Source: Eledone cirrhosa (lineage: Eukaryota). Taken from it: DNA of 64,000 bases. The translations under genes and the position numbers were made by a program. Under the pieces are notes generated by a model. The model had not been told where the DNA came from and made no database searches. It saw nothing but the letters and a program-made list of their open reading frames with translations. Location: positions 23,064,001 to 23,128,000 of the forward strand of contig OZ024752.1 of NCBI GenBank assembly GCA_964016885.1, in the 5' to 3' direction. Every line of letters starts with the position of its first letter. The stretch's first letter is position 1. Of this stretch, positions 14,660 through 25,700 are shown in pieces.

Positions 14660-16000
14660 TCAAAATAGAATGCAGACCCAGCAACTGGGAGACAAATCTG
14701 CAAATAGCTTGCGTAAGCTCATGCAGCGCTCACGTAATGGAGAGATTGCATGCTTTCCAACAGACAAATCTGGCAGAATGTCGGTTGACAGTCTGTCAAA
14801 CTACACCCAGGCAATGCAACCCACATCACTAACACAAGAGAAGTAACACCACAAGAGCATGATGATAGGGTGAAAACCCTCAATGCCCATATGATGATGT
14901 GGACAAACATAATGCAGCCCAATAAAAGGACTGCCAACAACTTCCATACCCATCCATTGACGTGGATTTTGCTGTGGAGAAATGCGTAGAAATGATCAGT
15001 GAGAGCAATGTTGAATTCCGTGGGATTGATACCAGTGAGCTGGAACTCCTACTTAAACTTACTTATAATAATGATTATCTAGATACGTATGACCTTAGCA
15101 ACCTCTGCTCCACAAGGCCAGCAAGAGGCAGACCACCTACCATTACCTCAATTGCCAAGAAAACCCACACAGAAAGATGGAACTGGTGGACCAGAGCCAT
15201 GCGGACCCCCGAAAACCATGATGAACTAAAGAAAATGATTGCACATGCAGTGGGGGCCAGTATAAAACTAACCCTTAAGGAACATATGTTCAAATTTAAT
15301 GGAAAAACATATGTAAAGACAATGTAAAGATAAGAATATAGTGTACATAGGTGAGACAGCTCGTAGTATAGGCGAACCATTAAATGAACACTAGCGAGAG
15401 CTTCAAGATAGAAAAGAATCATCTGTACTCCACCAACATGCTGAAATAGAACATAAGGGCAAATTAGAGAACATAGAAATAAAAATAAAATCTACACACC
15501 GAAAAGACGCAATGTTTAGACAAATCACAGATTCAATAAACATAAATGAACTCCAACCAAAATTAAATAGAAAACATGAATGGAATAGCAACATCACAAC
15601 TTACAATTAAGGACAAAATGAAAACACACACATAGAACAAACAACCAACTAGTAACATGTAAATAAACAAATAAATAAACAAATAAAAGCACACACGGAC
15701 ACTCGGATGTAACACATGCGCAAACTAAGCACACAACACACGCAAAAACAAGATGGCGTAGGACAGAACAAAGGAGAGGCACAAAACAAAGAAAAGAATC
15801 CCCAGTCACTGAAGAAGTCACAGAATGTGTGACGAAAGAACTTTGACAATATATGAACAACCGTCCGGTTGTGGAACCAACCAACCAACCGGAAATTTAC
15901 AAATTTCTTAAATTTATAAATTTAATTTATAATAAATTGGAATGAAAGCAACTGGTGCGTGTGTTTCTTATTGGCAACATGACCCTCCCAAAGTATAACA
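14660..16000 (+). mobile_element. Internally deleted, frameshifted Penelope-like retroelement (RT + GIY-YIG endonuclease + 3' terminal region)
   Basis: Motifs in order: ..EIACFPTDKSGRMSVDS (DKG/DKS motif, ~14760); YPSIDVDFAVEK (RT 'LYPSI', ~14947); LKEHMFKFNGKTY (RT 'NYF.FNG..Y'); VYIGETARSIGEPLNEH (GIY-YIG, ~15341); SVLHQHAEIEH; FRQITDSININELQPKLNRKHEW. Then a hammerhead motif, and the element ends at (TA)n from ~16001. The RT YxDD region is missing. Confidence 0.85.
15805..15847 (+). ncRNA. Minimal type I hammerhead ribozyme in the PLE 3' region
   Basis: GTCA-CTGAAGA-A-GTCACA-gaatg-TGTGAC-GAAA-G-aa-C-T-T-TGAC. Stem I GTCA/TGAC, 6-bp stem II, very short stem III, canonical core. Confidence 0.75.
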
Positions 16001-16827
16001 ATATATATATATATATATATATATGAGTGTGTGTGTGTGATTGTAGACGCCTGACCATTTTTGTAGACCTCACCATTGTTTGCTTGGAATAAATAAACCT
16101 TAAAAATCAGGCGTGCCTCTCAGTGTAAGTTTCTCTACCGAAACTTAGCTTGAATTTTTTTCTGCCTTTGTTACTCTAATTATAGTTTTTAAAGAATTCT
16201 CTTTTCTTTAAATCCATCAACCAATGACCTCCACCCATCACAATCAACGCCCTCTCCTACCACCAGAAAAGGTATAAATACCTCCATACTACTTTGACAG
16301 TCGGTTTCCTAATGTTTTCTCCCGAATGAAACAGTTCTAGTCCTGTAGAAGCCATTTCTATATTAAATATTTGTACTCTGCTTTGTATTGAGTACCTTAC
16401 TGTGGTTACCCCCGATTGAACCCGGGATAAACTTATCTCTCTCTCTCTATATATATATATAAGAATTGTCCATATAAGAATTGGTCTATAGAATTCAGTG
16501 ACTGCTTGGTAACATTCTATATGGCAAATGCTTAATAAGGGGATTTTAGAACTGTGCAAATATTTGAGGTAGTGGCCCTGATCTAGTGTTTGATATTCTT
16601 TCAGTCAGGGAAGCATTTTCAATAGCTATTTTGCGAACGTTTTAAGTCTTTTAACCATCATTTACGGTGTAGTACTGTGTTAAATCAGATTTAGAATTAC
16701 ACAAGTAGAGATCAGCTATACATTAAAATAATCACTGGTCTATCGTATGTAAAACTTTACGTCTAACATCCCAAAAGAGAAACAGTTCATTCGATGTGGA
16801 AGCACATTACCCGTCTTTAACGTCTTT

Positions 16828-16935
16828 GGTCAATCTGAGGCTTTAGTAAGAGACACTTGTACATGGCGCACAGTGAGATCAAACCTAGAACCACGTGATC
16901 ATAAACGCTTTAAAATGCACGGCTATGCGTGCACC
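16828..16935 (-). mobile_element. SINE family 2 fragment
   Basis: Reverse complement contains gtggttctaggtttgatctcactgtgcgccatgtacaagtgtctcttactaaagcctc, similar to cttgggcaagtgtctttaccatagcctc at ~17281. Confidence 0.55.
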
Positions 16936-16966
16936 TGAAACAATATTTATTCTCTCTATTTGTTTT

Positions 16967-17100
16967 AAGGCAGTGAATTGTTAGTCTTTACAACGATAGA
17001 ATGTTTTGCGGCATTCGCCTCGACTCTCTGAGTTCAGATCACACCGAGGTCAACTTTATCTTTCATCCATTCGAGGTCGATTAAAAAAAATACTTGGGTC
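16967..17100 (+). mobile_element. tRNA-derived SINE copy D
   Basis: ctctgagttcagatcacaccgaggtcaactttatctttcatcc..ggtcgattaaaa matches copies A-C. Confidence 0.7.
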
Positions 17101-17264
17101 GGTTCTTCCTCTATATCTCTTTCTCACTTCCATTCTCTCAGTCTCTCTGTCCTTCACTTGAAGAAATCTGCTGTATTCAGACCTGGAGAGGATTGAGCGC
17201 CGCCAGGTTTATATATGCCCGAACAACACCATATATCAATACGGCCCCCGTCACTCCCCCAAGA

Positions 17265-17525
17265 GGCCACTGAGTACCATCTTGGGCAAGTGTCTTTACC
17301 ATAGCCTCGGATGAAACCAAGCCGTGTGAGTGAAATTTGATAGACAGAAACTGTGTGGAAGCCCGTCGGAAGAATTGTGTTTGTAATGCAGGGGTTCAAC
17401 CGTGTCACATATTTTGTCAGGCCGATTCGAACTTTGGAATTATGATGAGGGTCCACATTTCTGTAGAATACTCCTTCGACATTCAGTTGATCGAACAATG
17501 GAACACTCATCGCCGCAATCGACGG
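17265..17525 (+). mobile_element. SINE family 2 body
   Basis: cttgggcaagtgtc..gtgagtgaaatttgatagacagaaactgtgtggaagccc. The downstream part recurs, diverged, at ~20925-21035. Confidence 0.6.
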
Positions 17526-17689
17526 AGAATACATTACTTTGAAAGGCATTATGTATTTTTATACCTGTATTTCATTTATGTGACTACTATTGAAGTCTTT
17601 GTTTTAGTTTGTTGTCTAACCGATATTCGGTCAGGGCGTCTAGCTGTCGAAACAGCCGGAGCTCAGCCGTCGGGGTCCTGACTCTTTTC

Positions 17690-17723
<34 letters not shown>

Positions 17724-17845
17724 GTAGTTCCACAACAGTTAGTTGACCATACCGAGAACAAATGTTTTATCTTATACGGACTTACTTGTTTGGAGAGCAG
17801 ATTTAAGTCAACTCCGAACGATCTTTTAAGTCCCTCAGGGATACC

Positions 17846-17883
17846 TCCTTGATAATGGGCTTTTAAACCCGAAAATATTTGGG
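17846..17883 (+). ncRNA. Hammerhead-like motif with U3-A8 core variant
   Basis: TCC-TTGATAA-t-GGGcttttaaaCCC-GAAA-ATAT-T-T-GGG. Palindromic stem III (AATATT). C3-G8 is replaced by U3-A8. Stem I is only 3 bp. Confidence 0.45.
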
Positions 17884-18057
17884 ATTATCAAATTTACTAA
17901 GGTTAGATTCTTTGTTATCTTAGCAATCTTGATTTTTCTTTCTTATGCATTGCATGGTTTTCAAAATTATTTGTGTTTCATATACATATATATATGTATG
18001 TATTCCTAGATTGTATATCTCCTCATTAGTGTCTCTTATTTAATACGTGCGTATATT

Positions 18058-18062
<5 letters not shown>

Positions 18063-18120
<58 letters not shown>

Positions 18121-18273
18121 GTATGTATGTATATATATGTAGTATATATATGTATATATAATTATTTATGTATATGTATAATATATATATGTATGTATGT
18201 ATATATATATGTAGTATATATATGTATATATAATTATTTATGTATATGTATAATATATATATACATATATATA

Positions 18274-18337
<64 letters not shown>

Positions 18338-18459
18338 ATAGATATGTATGTATGTATAAATATATTCATATGTATATGTATATATATATATATATATATA
18401 TGCATATGCATACATATATATATGCATATTGCATACATATATATATATATATATATACA

Positions 18460-18498
<39 letters not shown>

Positions 18499-18620
18499 CA
18501 TATGTATGTATAAATATATTCATATGTATATGTATATATATATATATATATATGCATATTGCATACATATATGTATATATATAGTATATATATATATACA
18601 TATATATATACATATACATA
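18063..18620. repeat. Compound (TA)n-rich microsatellite with short internal duplications
   Basis: Direct reading; e.g. tataaatatattcatatgtatatg occurs twice. Confidence 0.95.
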
Positions 18621-18951
18621 CACTTTTATGTTGCACATCTCATTAGTGTGTCTATTGTTTAGTATGTGTATACAGACGTTCACCTTCTCTGCAGTGAAAG
18701 GCAACATAATAACAACGACAGAAAGTAGTCAGCCTTAGATGTTATCGATCTAGTGATACCTGTTGAACAAGTTCTTCTCTTCATCCTGTCATTATTGATT
18801 TATTTATCAATGTAAATGATTTAATAAAAGACGACACTTCGATGAATCATCTACGCTTTTTGGAAACTATTTGTATTTATTTATGTTTGTGTATAATTTC
18901 TTCATTGTTTGTGTGTATATATACTATATATATTATATATATTATATATAT

Positions 18952-19096
18952 TAGATGATTAATTGGTAGAGTCGATAGAGCGTCGGATTAAATAAATGTT
19001 CTGGTCTACTCTGTTCTCATTTCAAATCACGTCGAGGTTAACGTTGCGTTCTATAGTTTCGGGGACGATAAATAGAATCAAGTAATGAGGTCGATT
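18952..19096 (+). mobile_element. tRNA-derived SINE copy E (diverged)
   Basis: ggtagagtcgatagagcgtcggat head, ttcaaatcacgtcgaggttaacgttgc..ttcggggacgataaat body. Confidence 0.65.
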
Positions 19097-19234
19097 CTCT
19101 CTCACTCTCTGTTGTTGAGGAAGCAACAACAAATATCAGCCTGGGGCATATCAATGATTCGAAACAACAGGAGTAATCTTTATTACTTCTTCATGTTTTT
19201 CTGGGGTGGGGGGTGGGGTTGTGTTCAACTTGTA

Positions 19235-19294
19235 GCTGTCTGATGAGGTTTTAACTCTTTCATAAATGGTTATCACCGAAATGTATATAACAGC
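19235..19294 (+). ncRNA. Type I hammerhead ribozyme
   Basis: GCTGT-CTGATGA-GGT..taac..gtta..ACC-GAAA-TGTATA-T-A-ACAGC. 5-bp stem I GCTGT/ACAGC, canonical core, near-palindromic stem III, AUA cleavage triplet. Confidence 0.8.
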
Positions 19295-19421
19295 GATTAT
19301 AGTTTAGTTTTCAACTAGCAATAAGCACACCTCGGATACTCCTCATTGGCTATGGTACCGCCTCTGCGGTAAAGTTATGAATAAATTAAGTAAATTATAA
19401 GTTGTTGACTTGTACTTCATG

Positions 19422-19485
<64 letters not shown>

Positions 19486-19491
<6 letters not shown>

Positions 19492-19531
19492 ACTTTAGGA
19501 GGGTCATGCTGCCAATAAAAACACGCGCACC
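19486..19531 (-). mobile_element. Second copy of the PLE 3' terminus
   Basis: Reverse complement ggtgcgcgtgtttttattggcagcatgaccctcctaaagtataaca vs 15954-16000 ggtgcgtgtgtttcttattggcaacatgaccctcccaaagtataaca. It also runs into a microsatellite. Confidence 0.8.
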
Positions 19532-19600
19532 CTACACAATCTTGTTTTCTGTTTCAACACACTTTTTCAGGTAAGAAATCTTGCAAAACAAATTCAAAAA

Positions 19601-19633
<33 letters not shown>

Positions 19634-19636
<3 letters not shown>

Positions 19637-19725
19637 AAATAGGATTTCGCTTCAAGCATTTTTGGAGATACGAAATATTTATACATATTGTATAAAGCTA
19701 TGCTTGAAGCGAAATCCTATTTCTT
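19634..19725. repeat. Perfect 26-bp inverted repeat with 40-bp spacer
   Basis: aagaaataggatttcgcttcaagcat (19634-19659) and atgcttgaagcgaaatcctatttctt (19700-19725). Confidence 0.9.
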
Positions 19726-19975
19726 TTCTATTATAAGTTGAGCCAACTTATGCAGCTTCATATGCAAATAAGATTAATCACCTCATTTACACAGACGAGA
19801 AAACTATGTATTCTCGCCTGTCTTCTAGTCGAGCAGTCGCAAGCGGTGGGAGGGACCGTCCTGACCATGGCCAGTTAAGCCTGAAATGTCCCCCTTTCTT
19901 CTGCTGGACATCACCAGAGGGCGTTGCATAGCTACGGCTTCCTAAAACCGTATTTCTTTGGAGATACGAAATATT

Positions 19976-20062
<87 letters not shown>

Positions 20063-20069
<7 letters not shown>

Positions 20070-20918
20070 ATACATTAACAGAGAAAGCTTTAAGCTATAC
20101 TCTGACTGGCTTCCATCTCACTCAACAAACATTAGGATATACCTTAGTATAATCCCAATTTTACGTTTGGGGTGCTAACTATATGTATTTTGCGGATAGC
20201 CAGTTGTATTATTTTATATGAGACATAATTAAAATATATCTCCCTTTCCAAACAATTGTTTCATTATAAGTTTTCTACAAGTTGGGAAAAATGTGTCCCG
20301 GTTATGTAGAAGCCTGCACATATTCAGTAGGAATATATGCAGGTGGGCACTTATAAATCATCAGTGGATGCCCGTCAAACATCGATATAAAAAAAAACTT
20401 TCTTACCGATATCCAATCCAATGTTAGCGATGATCCCTCTCCGTATCAGAATGACCGCCAAATTTGAAATTCCAGCAGTCTCATAATGAGAAATTTCACA
20501 CTGTCATCAAGCGGAAAGGGGAGGTCATCGCGAAACATAAGAAAGTAAAATAATATACACGCGGGTCAATTAATTTTTTCAACAATTTTAACCTTGCGTG
20601 TGAAGAACTCAATTAGATTTTAAAAAAATAAATATATGCATGTATTATTTATACACGCATATAGGTATTTTCTTAGGCTGAAAACAGAGATATGATACCA
20701 GAATAACAATCAATATTTCATAGTAATAATAAATACGGAAAGTTACACTTAAAAGGTATCTGGAAATATTCATCTCTGGCCAAATCAAGAGTATAATATT
20801 TAATACATTAACAGAGAAAGCTTTAAGCTATACTCTGACTGGCTTCCATCTCACTCAACAAACATTAGGATATACCTTAGTATAATCCCAATTTTACGTT
20901 TGGGGTGCTAACTATATG
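20063..20918 (-). mobile_element. Non-coding hammerhead-containing element with identical 123-bp direct repeats (retrozyme/PLE pLTR-like, 733-bp period)
   Basis: 20063-20185 is identical to 20796-20918 by inspection. Internal minus-strand hammerhead, no substantial internal ORF, 3' end abuts (TA)n/(CA)n. Confidence 0.7.
20247..20368 (-). ncRNA. Type I hammerhead ribozyme with branched, extended stem II
   Basis: Minus strand: TCCA-CTGATGA-t-TTATAAG-[two hairpins: cctgcatatattc/gaatatgtgcagg and ttctaca/tgtagaa]-CTTATAA-t-GAAA-CAATTG-T-T-TGGA. Palindromic stem III ACAATTGT, GUU cleavage triplet. Confidence 0.75.
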
Positions 20919-21051
20919 CATAGTTTGGATAAACAGAAACTGTGTAGAAGCTCAGTGAATGGACGGTGCATATTTTGTTACATGCTGATTCTACTTGAAG
21001 ACTACGTTAAACGTAGACATTGCTTTTGGAATACATATACTCTAACGCTAT

Positions 21052-21298
21052 AAGTTGTATCTGTATAAATACAGAGTGTGTAACTGAAACTGCAATAATG
21101 TGTATATAAATATACACATTTTTAATATGTAGATATGTTAGCATACCAAAAATACAAATTTTTCTATAAATATATTTCAATTTACAGGGAAATTCGTATT
21201 TTCTGGCGTGTTTGCATGTCTACATATTAAAAATGTGTATATTTTTATACAGATTATTGGAGACTTGGTTACACACTGTATTTATACAGATATAACTT
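21052..21298. mobile_element. ~250-bp imperfect fold-back (MITE-like palindrome)
   Basis: The left arm aagttgtatctgtataaatacag..gtgtgtaac..aatatacacatttttaatatgtaga pairs with the right arm tctacatattaaaaatgtgtatatt..gttacacac-tgtatttatacagatataactt. Confidence 0.75.
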
Positions 21299-21510
21299 GA
21301 TCATACACTTCAGCTAGCGCACTTCTTAATAATATAACTAAAGCTGTGATACAAGATGCACCGTTCTTGTAATTTGAAATGCCATCATTGTAACGCATTC
21401 TGAATTCCCCTGTGTTTAGTTTCACTAAGGACTATATTAAATGAACCGGTGCCTTTGAAATACACAGCTCATACTGATTCTTACATATCTGGTACTGTTT
21501 GTGAGTATAT

Positions 21511-21686
<176 letters not shown>

Positions 21687-22272
21687 ACCCAATACTATAA
21701 TTCAATGGATATTTAGTTTAGTTCATCGAATTACTTGAATACTCGTCGCCGACATTGACGAATGATCATTTTATACTTTCATTGATTTAACTTAGGAATG
21801 TCTGAGACTAGAGATGACAAGGTAAGGCGAGGCTAATGTATGAAAGATAAGGAGGAAAAGGAGTGGTATAGATGTGAGAGATGACGCAACACTGAGTCAG
21901 TTCCAAATATGATAGTATATTTAACAGATGTTAATATATCGTATCGCCGTGAAACGATAAATTAGACCAACATCTAAAGATATGTATATCAGTGTCAGTA
22001 TGTCACGGTACATTATTAAATAAGAAAGTAAAACAATACTAATGTTATGTGTAGGTTGCTATTTATGTTATTTCATTCGAAGTGAGCTTCCCATCCTCCA
22101 CATGATAAAATTAAAGGTGTTCCAGCTATGACCATCCCTTAAGTAGAGTGTATCTTACAAACTACATTATATGTATGTATGAACCCGTAACTCCGAAGAG
22201 TCGTAGGAGCGCCATATTGTCACATGTTTCTAGAGCATTGTAAGACCAGGTGGAGCCCATTTATTTCATTCT

Positions 22273-22530
22273 GTGCTAGATGTACGTGTTAAGAGAGGGA
22301 CCGAGCTGTCAACTGATCACCATCTAATTATCTGCAACATGAGGCTACCTAAAGCCAAAGAAGCCCACAAGACTGGCAGATCCAGAGCGACCTGCAAGAT
22401 AAAGTGGGAAGCATTGATGGATAAGAGTGTCAGGATTAAGTATATGGATACTATGGCATCCAAATTCAGAGAACTCCCTGAGCAAACTAAGGACGTTGTT
22501 CAGCACAGTAGTTACTGTTTCAGATGAAGA
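22273..22530 (+). mobile_element. RTE-clade LINE fragment (AP-endonuclease C-terminus and linker)
   Basis: VLDVRVKRGTELSTDHHLIICNMR..IKWEAL resembles the 'VLDTRVKRGAELSTDHHLVV' motif (SDH-type catalytic His) of Expander/Rex3-type RTE elements. Confidence 0.8.
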
Positions 22531-22680
22531 AAGTAGAGAAAAAAGAAAAGAAAGAGGAAAGTAAAGAAAGAAGGAGACCATCTCTTCTCCAGGTTTAAAT
22601 ACAGCAGATTTCTTCCAGAGAAAGATAGAGAGTGAGGGCGAAGGCAGAGAGAAAGAGATGTTGAGGAAGAATCGGCCACA

Positions 22681-22734
22681 GTACTAGACTGGTACTTTTT
22701 TATGGACCTCAAATGGATGAAAGGCAAAGTTGAC
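22681..22734 (-). mobile_element. Truncated tRNA-SINE body at the satellite boundary
   Basis: Reverse complement gtcaactttgcctttcatccatttgaggtccataaaaaagtaccagtctagtac matches the body of SINE copies A-E. Confidence 0.85.
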
Positions 22735-25700
22735 GTTCTAACGAATGTCATTCGATCTGACGTTCTAACGACTGTCATTTTAGCTGACGTTCTAGCGACT
22801 GTCATTCTATCTGATGTTATAACGACTGTCATTTTCTCTGACGTTCTAGTGACTGTCATTCTATCTGACGTTCTAACCACTGTCATTCTATCTGACGTTC
22901 TTACGACTGTCATTCTATCTGAAGTTCTAGCGACTGTCAATCTATCTGACGTTCTAGCAATTGTCATTCTATCTGACGTTCTAACGACTGTCATTTTATC
23001 AGACGTTCTAACGGCTGTCATTCTATCTGGTGTTCTAACAACTGTCATTCTATCTGACGTTCTAGCGACTGTCATTCTATCTGACGTTCTTACAACTGTC
23101 ATTCTATCTGACGTTCTAGCGACTGTCATTCTATCTGACATTCTTACGACTGTCATTCTATCTGACGTTCTAGCGACTGTCATTCTATCTGATGTTATAA
23201 CGACTGTCATTTTCTCTGACGTTCTAGTGACTGTCATTCTATCTGACGTTCTAACCACTGTCATTCTGTCTGACGTTCTTACGACTGTCATTCTATCTGA
23301 AGTTCTAGCGACTGTCAATCTATCTGACGTTCTAGCAATTGTCATTCTATCTGACGTTCTAACGACTGTCATTTTATCAGACGTTCTAACGGCTGTCATT
23401 CTATCTGGTGTTCTAACAACTGTCATTCTATCTGACCTTCTAGCAACTGTCATTCTATCTGACGTTCTAACGACTGTCATTCTATCTGACGTTCTAACCA
23501 CTGTCATTCTATATGACGTTCTAACGACTGTCATTCTATATGACGTTCTAACGACTGTCATTCTATCTGACATTCTAGCGACTGTCATTCTATCTGACGT
23601 TCTAACGACAGCCATTCTATCTGACGTTCTAACTACTCATTCTATCTGACGTTCTAACGACTGTCATTCTATTTGCCGATCTAAAGACTGTCATTCTATC
23701 TGACGTTCTAACAACTGTCATTCTATCTGACGTTCTATCGGCTGTCATTCTATGTGACCTTCTAACGACTGTCATTCTATCTGATGTTCTAGCGACTGTC
23801 ATTCTATCTGACGTTCCAGCGACTGTCATTCTATCTGACGTTCTAACCACTGTCATTCTATCTGACGTTCTAGCGACTGTCATTCTATCTGACGTTCTAA
23901 CGACTATAATTCTATCTGACGTTCTAACGACTGTAATTTTATCTGACATTCTAACGACTGTCATTCTATCTTACGTTCTAGCGAATGTCATTCTATCTGA
24001 CGTTCTAACGACTGTCATTCTATATGACGTTCTAGCGAATGTCATTCTATTTCCCGTTCTAACGACTGTCATTCTATCTGACATTCTAGCGATTGTCATT
24101 CTATCTGACGTTCTAATAACTGTCATTCTATTTGACGTTCTAATGACTGTCATTCTATCTGACATTCTAGAAACTGTAATTGTATCTGAAGTTCTAACGA
24201 CTGTTATTCTATCTGTCGTTCTAACGACTGTCGTTCTATCTGACGTTCTAGCGAGTGTCATTCTATCTGACGTTCTAACGACTGCATTTATATCTGACGT
24301 TCTAGCGACTGTCATTCCATCTGACGTTCTAGCGACTGTCATTCTATCTGACGTTCTAACGACTGTCATGCTATCTGACGTTCTAACGACTGTCCTTCTA
24401 TCTGACGTTCTAGCGACTGTCATTCTATCTGACGTTCTAACGACTTCCATTCTAACTGATGTTCTAACCAGTCATTCTATCTGACGTTCTAGCGACTGTC
24501 ATTCCATCTGACGTTTTAACGACTGTCATTCTCTCTGCCGTTTTAGAGACTGTCATTCTATCTTACGTTCTAACAACTGTCAGTCTATCTGACGTTCTAA
24601 CGACTGTTATTCTATCTGATGTTCTAACGACTGTCATTCTATCTGACGTTCTAGCGACTGTCATTCTATCTGACGTTCTAATGACTGTCATTCTATCTGA
24701 CGTTCTAACGACTGTCATTCTATCTTACGTTCTAACCAATGTCATTCTATCTGACGTTCTAACGACTGTTATTCTATCTGATGTTCTAACGACTGTCATT
24801 CTATCTGACGTTCTAGCGACTGTCATTCTATCTGACGTTCTAATGACTGTCATTCTATCTGACGTTCTAACGACTGTCATTCTATCTTACGTTCTAACCA
24901 ATGTCATTCTATCTGACGTTCTAACCAATGTCATTCTATCTGAGGTTCTAACGTCTGTCATTTGATCTGACGTTCTAACGACTGTCATTCTATCTGACGT
25001 TCTAACGACTGTCATTCTATCTGACGTTCTAACGACTGTTATTCTATCTGATGTTCTAACGACTGTCATTCTATCTGACGTTCTAGCGACTGTCATTCTA
25101 TCTGACGTTCTAATGACTGTCATTCTATCTGACGTTCTAATGACTGTCATTCTATCTGACGTTCTAACGACTGTTATTCTATCTGACGTTCTAAGGACTG
25201 TCATTCTATCTTACGTTCTAACCAATGTCTTTCTATCTGACGTTCTAACCAATGTTATTCTATCTGAGGTTCTAACGTCTGTCATTTGATCTGATGTTCT
25301 AACGACTGGCATTCTATCTGACGTTCTAACGACTGTTATTCTATCTGACGTTCTAGCGTCTGTCAATCTATCTGAGTTCTAACGACTGTCATTCTATCTG
25401 ACGTCCTAGCGACTGTCATTCTATCTGACATTCTAACCACTGTCATTCTGACGTTCTAGCGACTGTCATTTTCTCTAACGTTCTAGTGACTGTCATTCTA
25501 TCTGACGTTCTAACGACTGTCATTCTATCTGACATTCTAGCGACTGCCATTCTATCTGACGTTCTTATGACTGTCATTCTATCTGACGTTCTAACGCCTG
25601 TCATTCTATCTGAAGTTCTAACCACTGTCATTCTATCTGACGTTCTTATGACTGTCATTCTATCTGACGTTCTAACGCCTGTCATTCTATCTGACGTTCT

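Noticed and set aside
18026-18707. YI-repeat ORFs (and similar CV/TH/SL/ER ORFs elsewhere)
   Set aside because: Dinucleotide microsatellite translations.
18835-18875. cgatgaa..gaaac hammerhead-like spacing
   Set aside because: The core is mutated and the stems do not pair convincingly.
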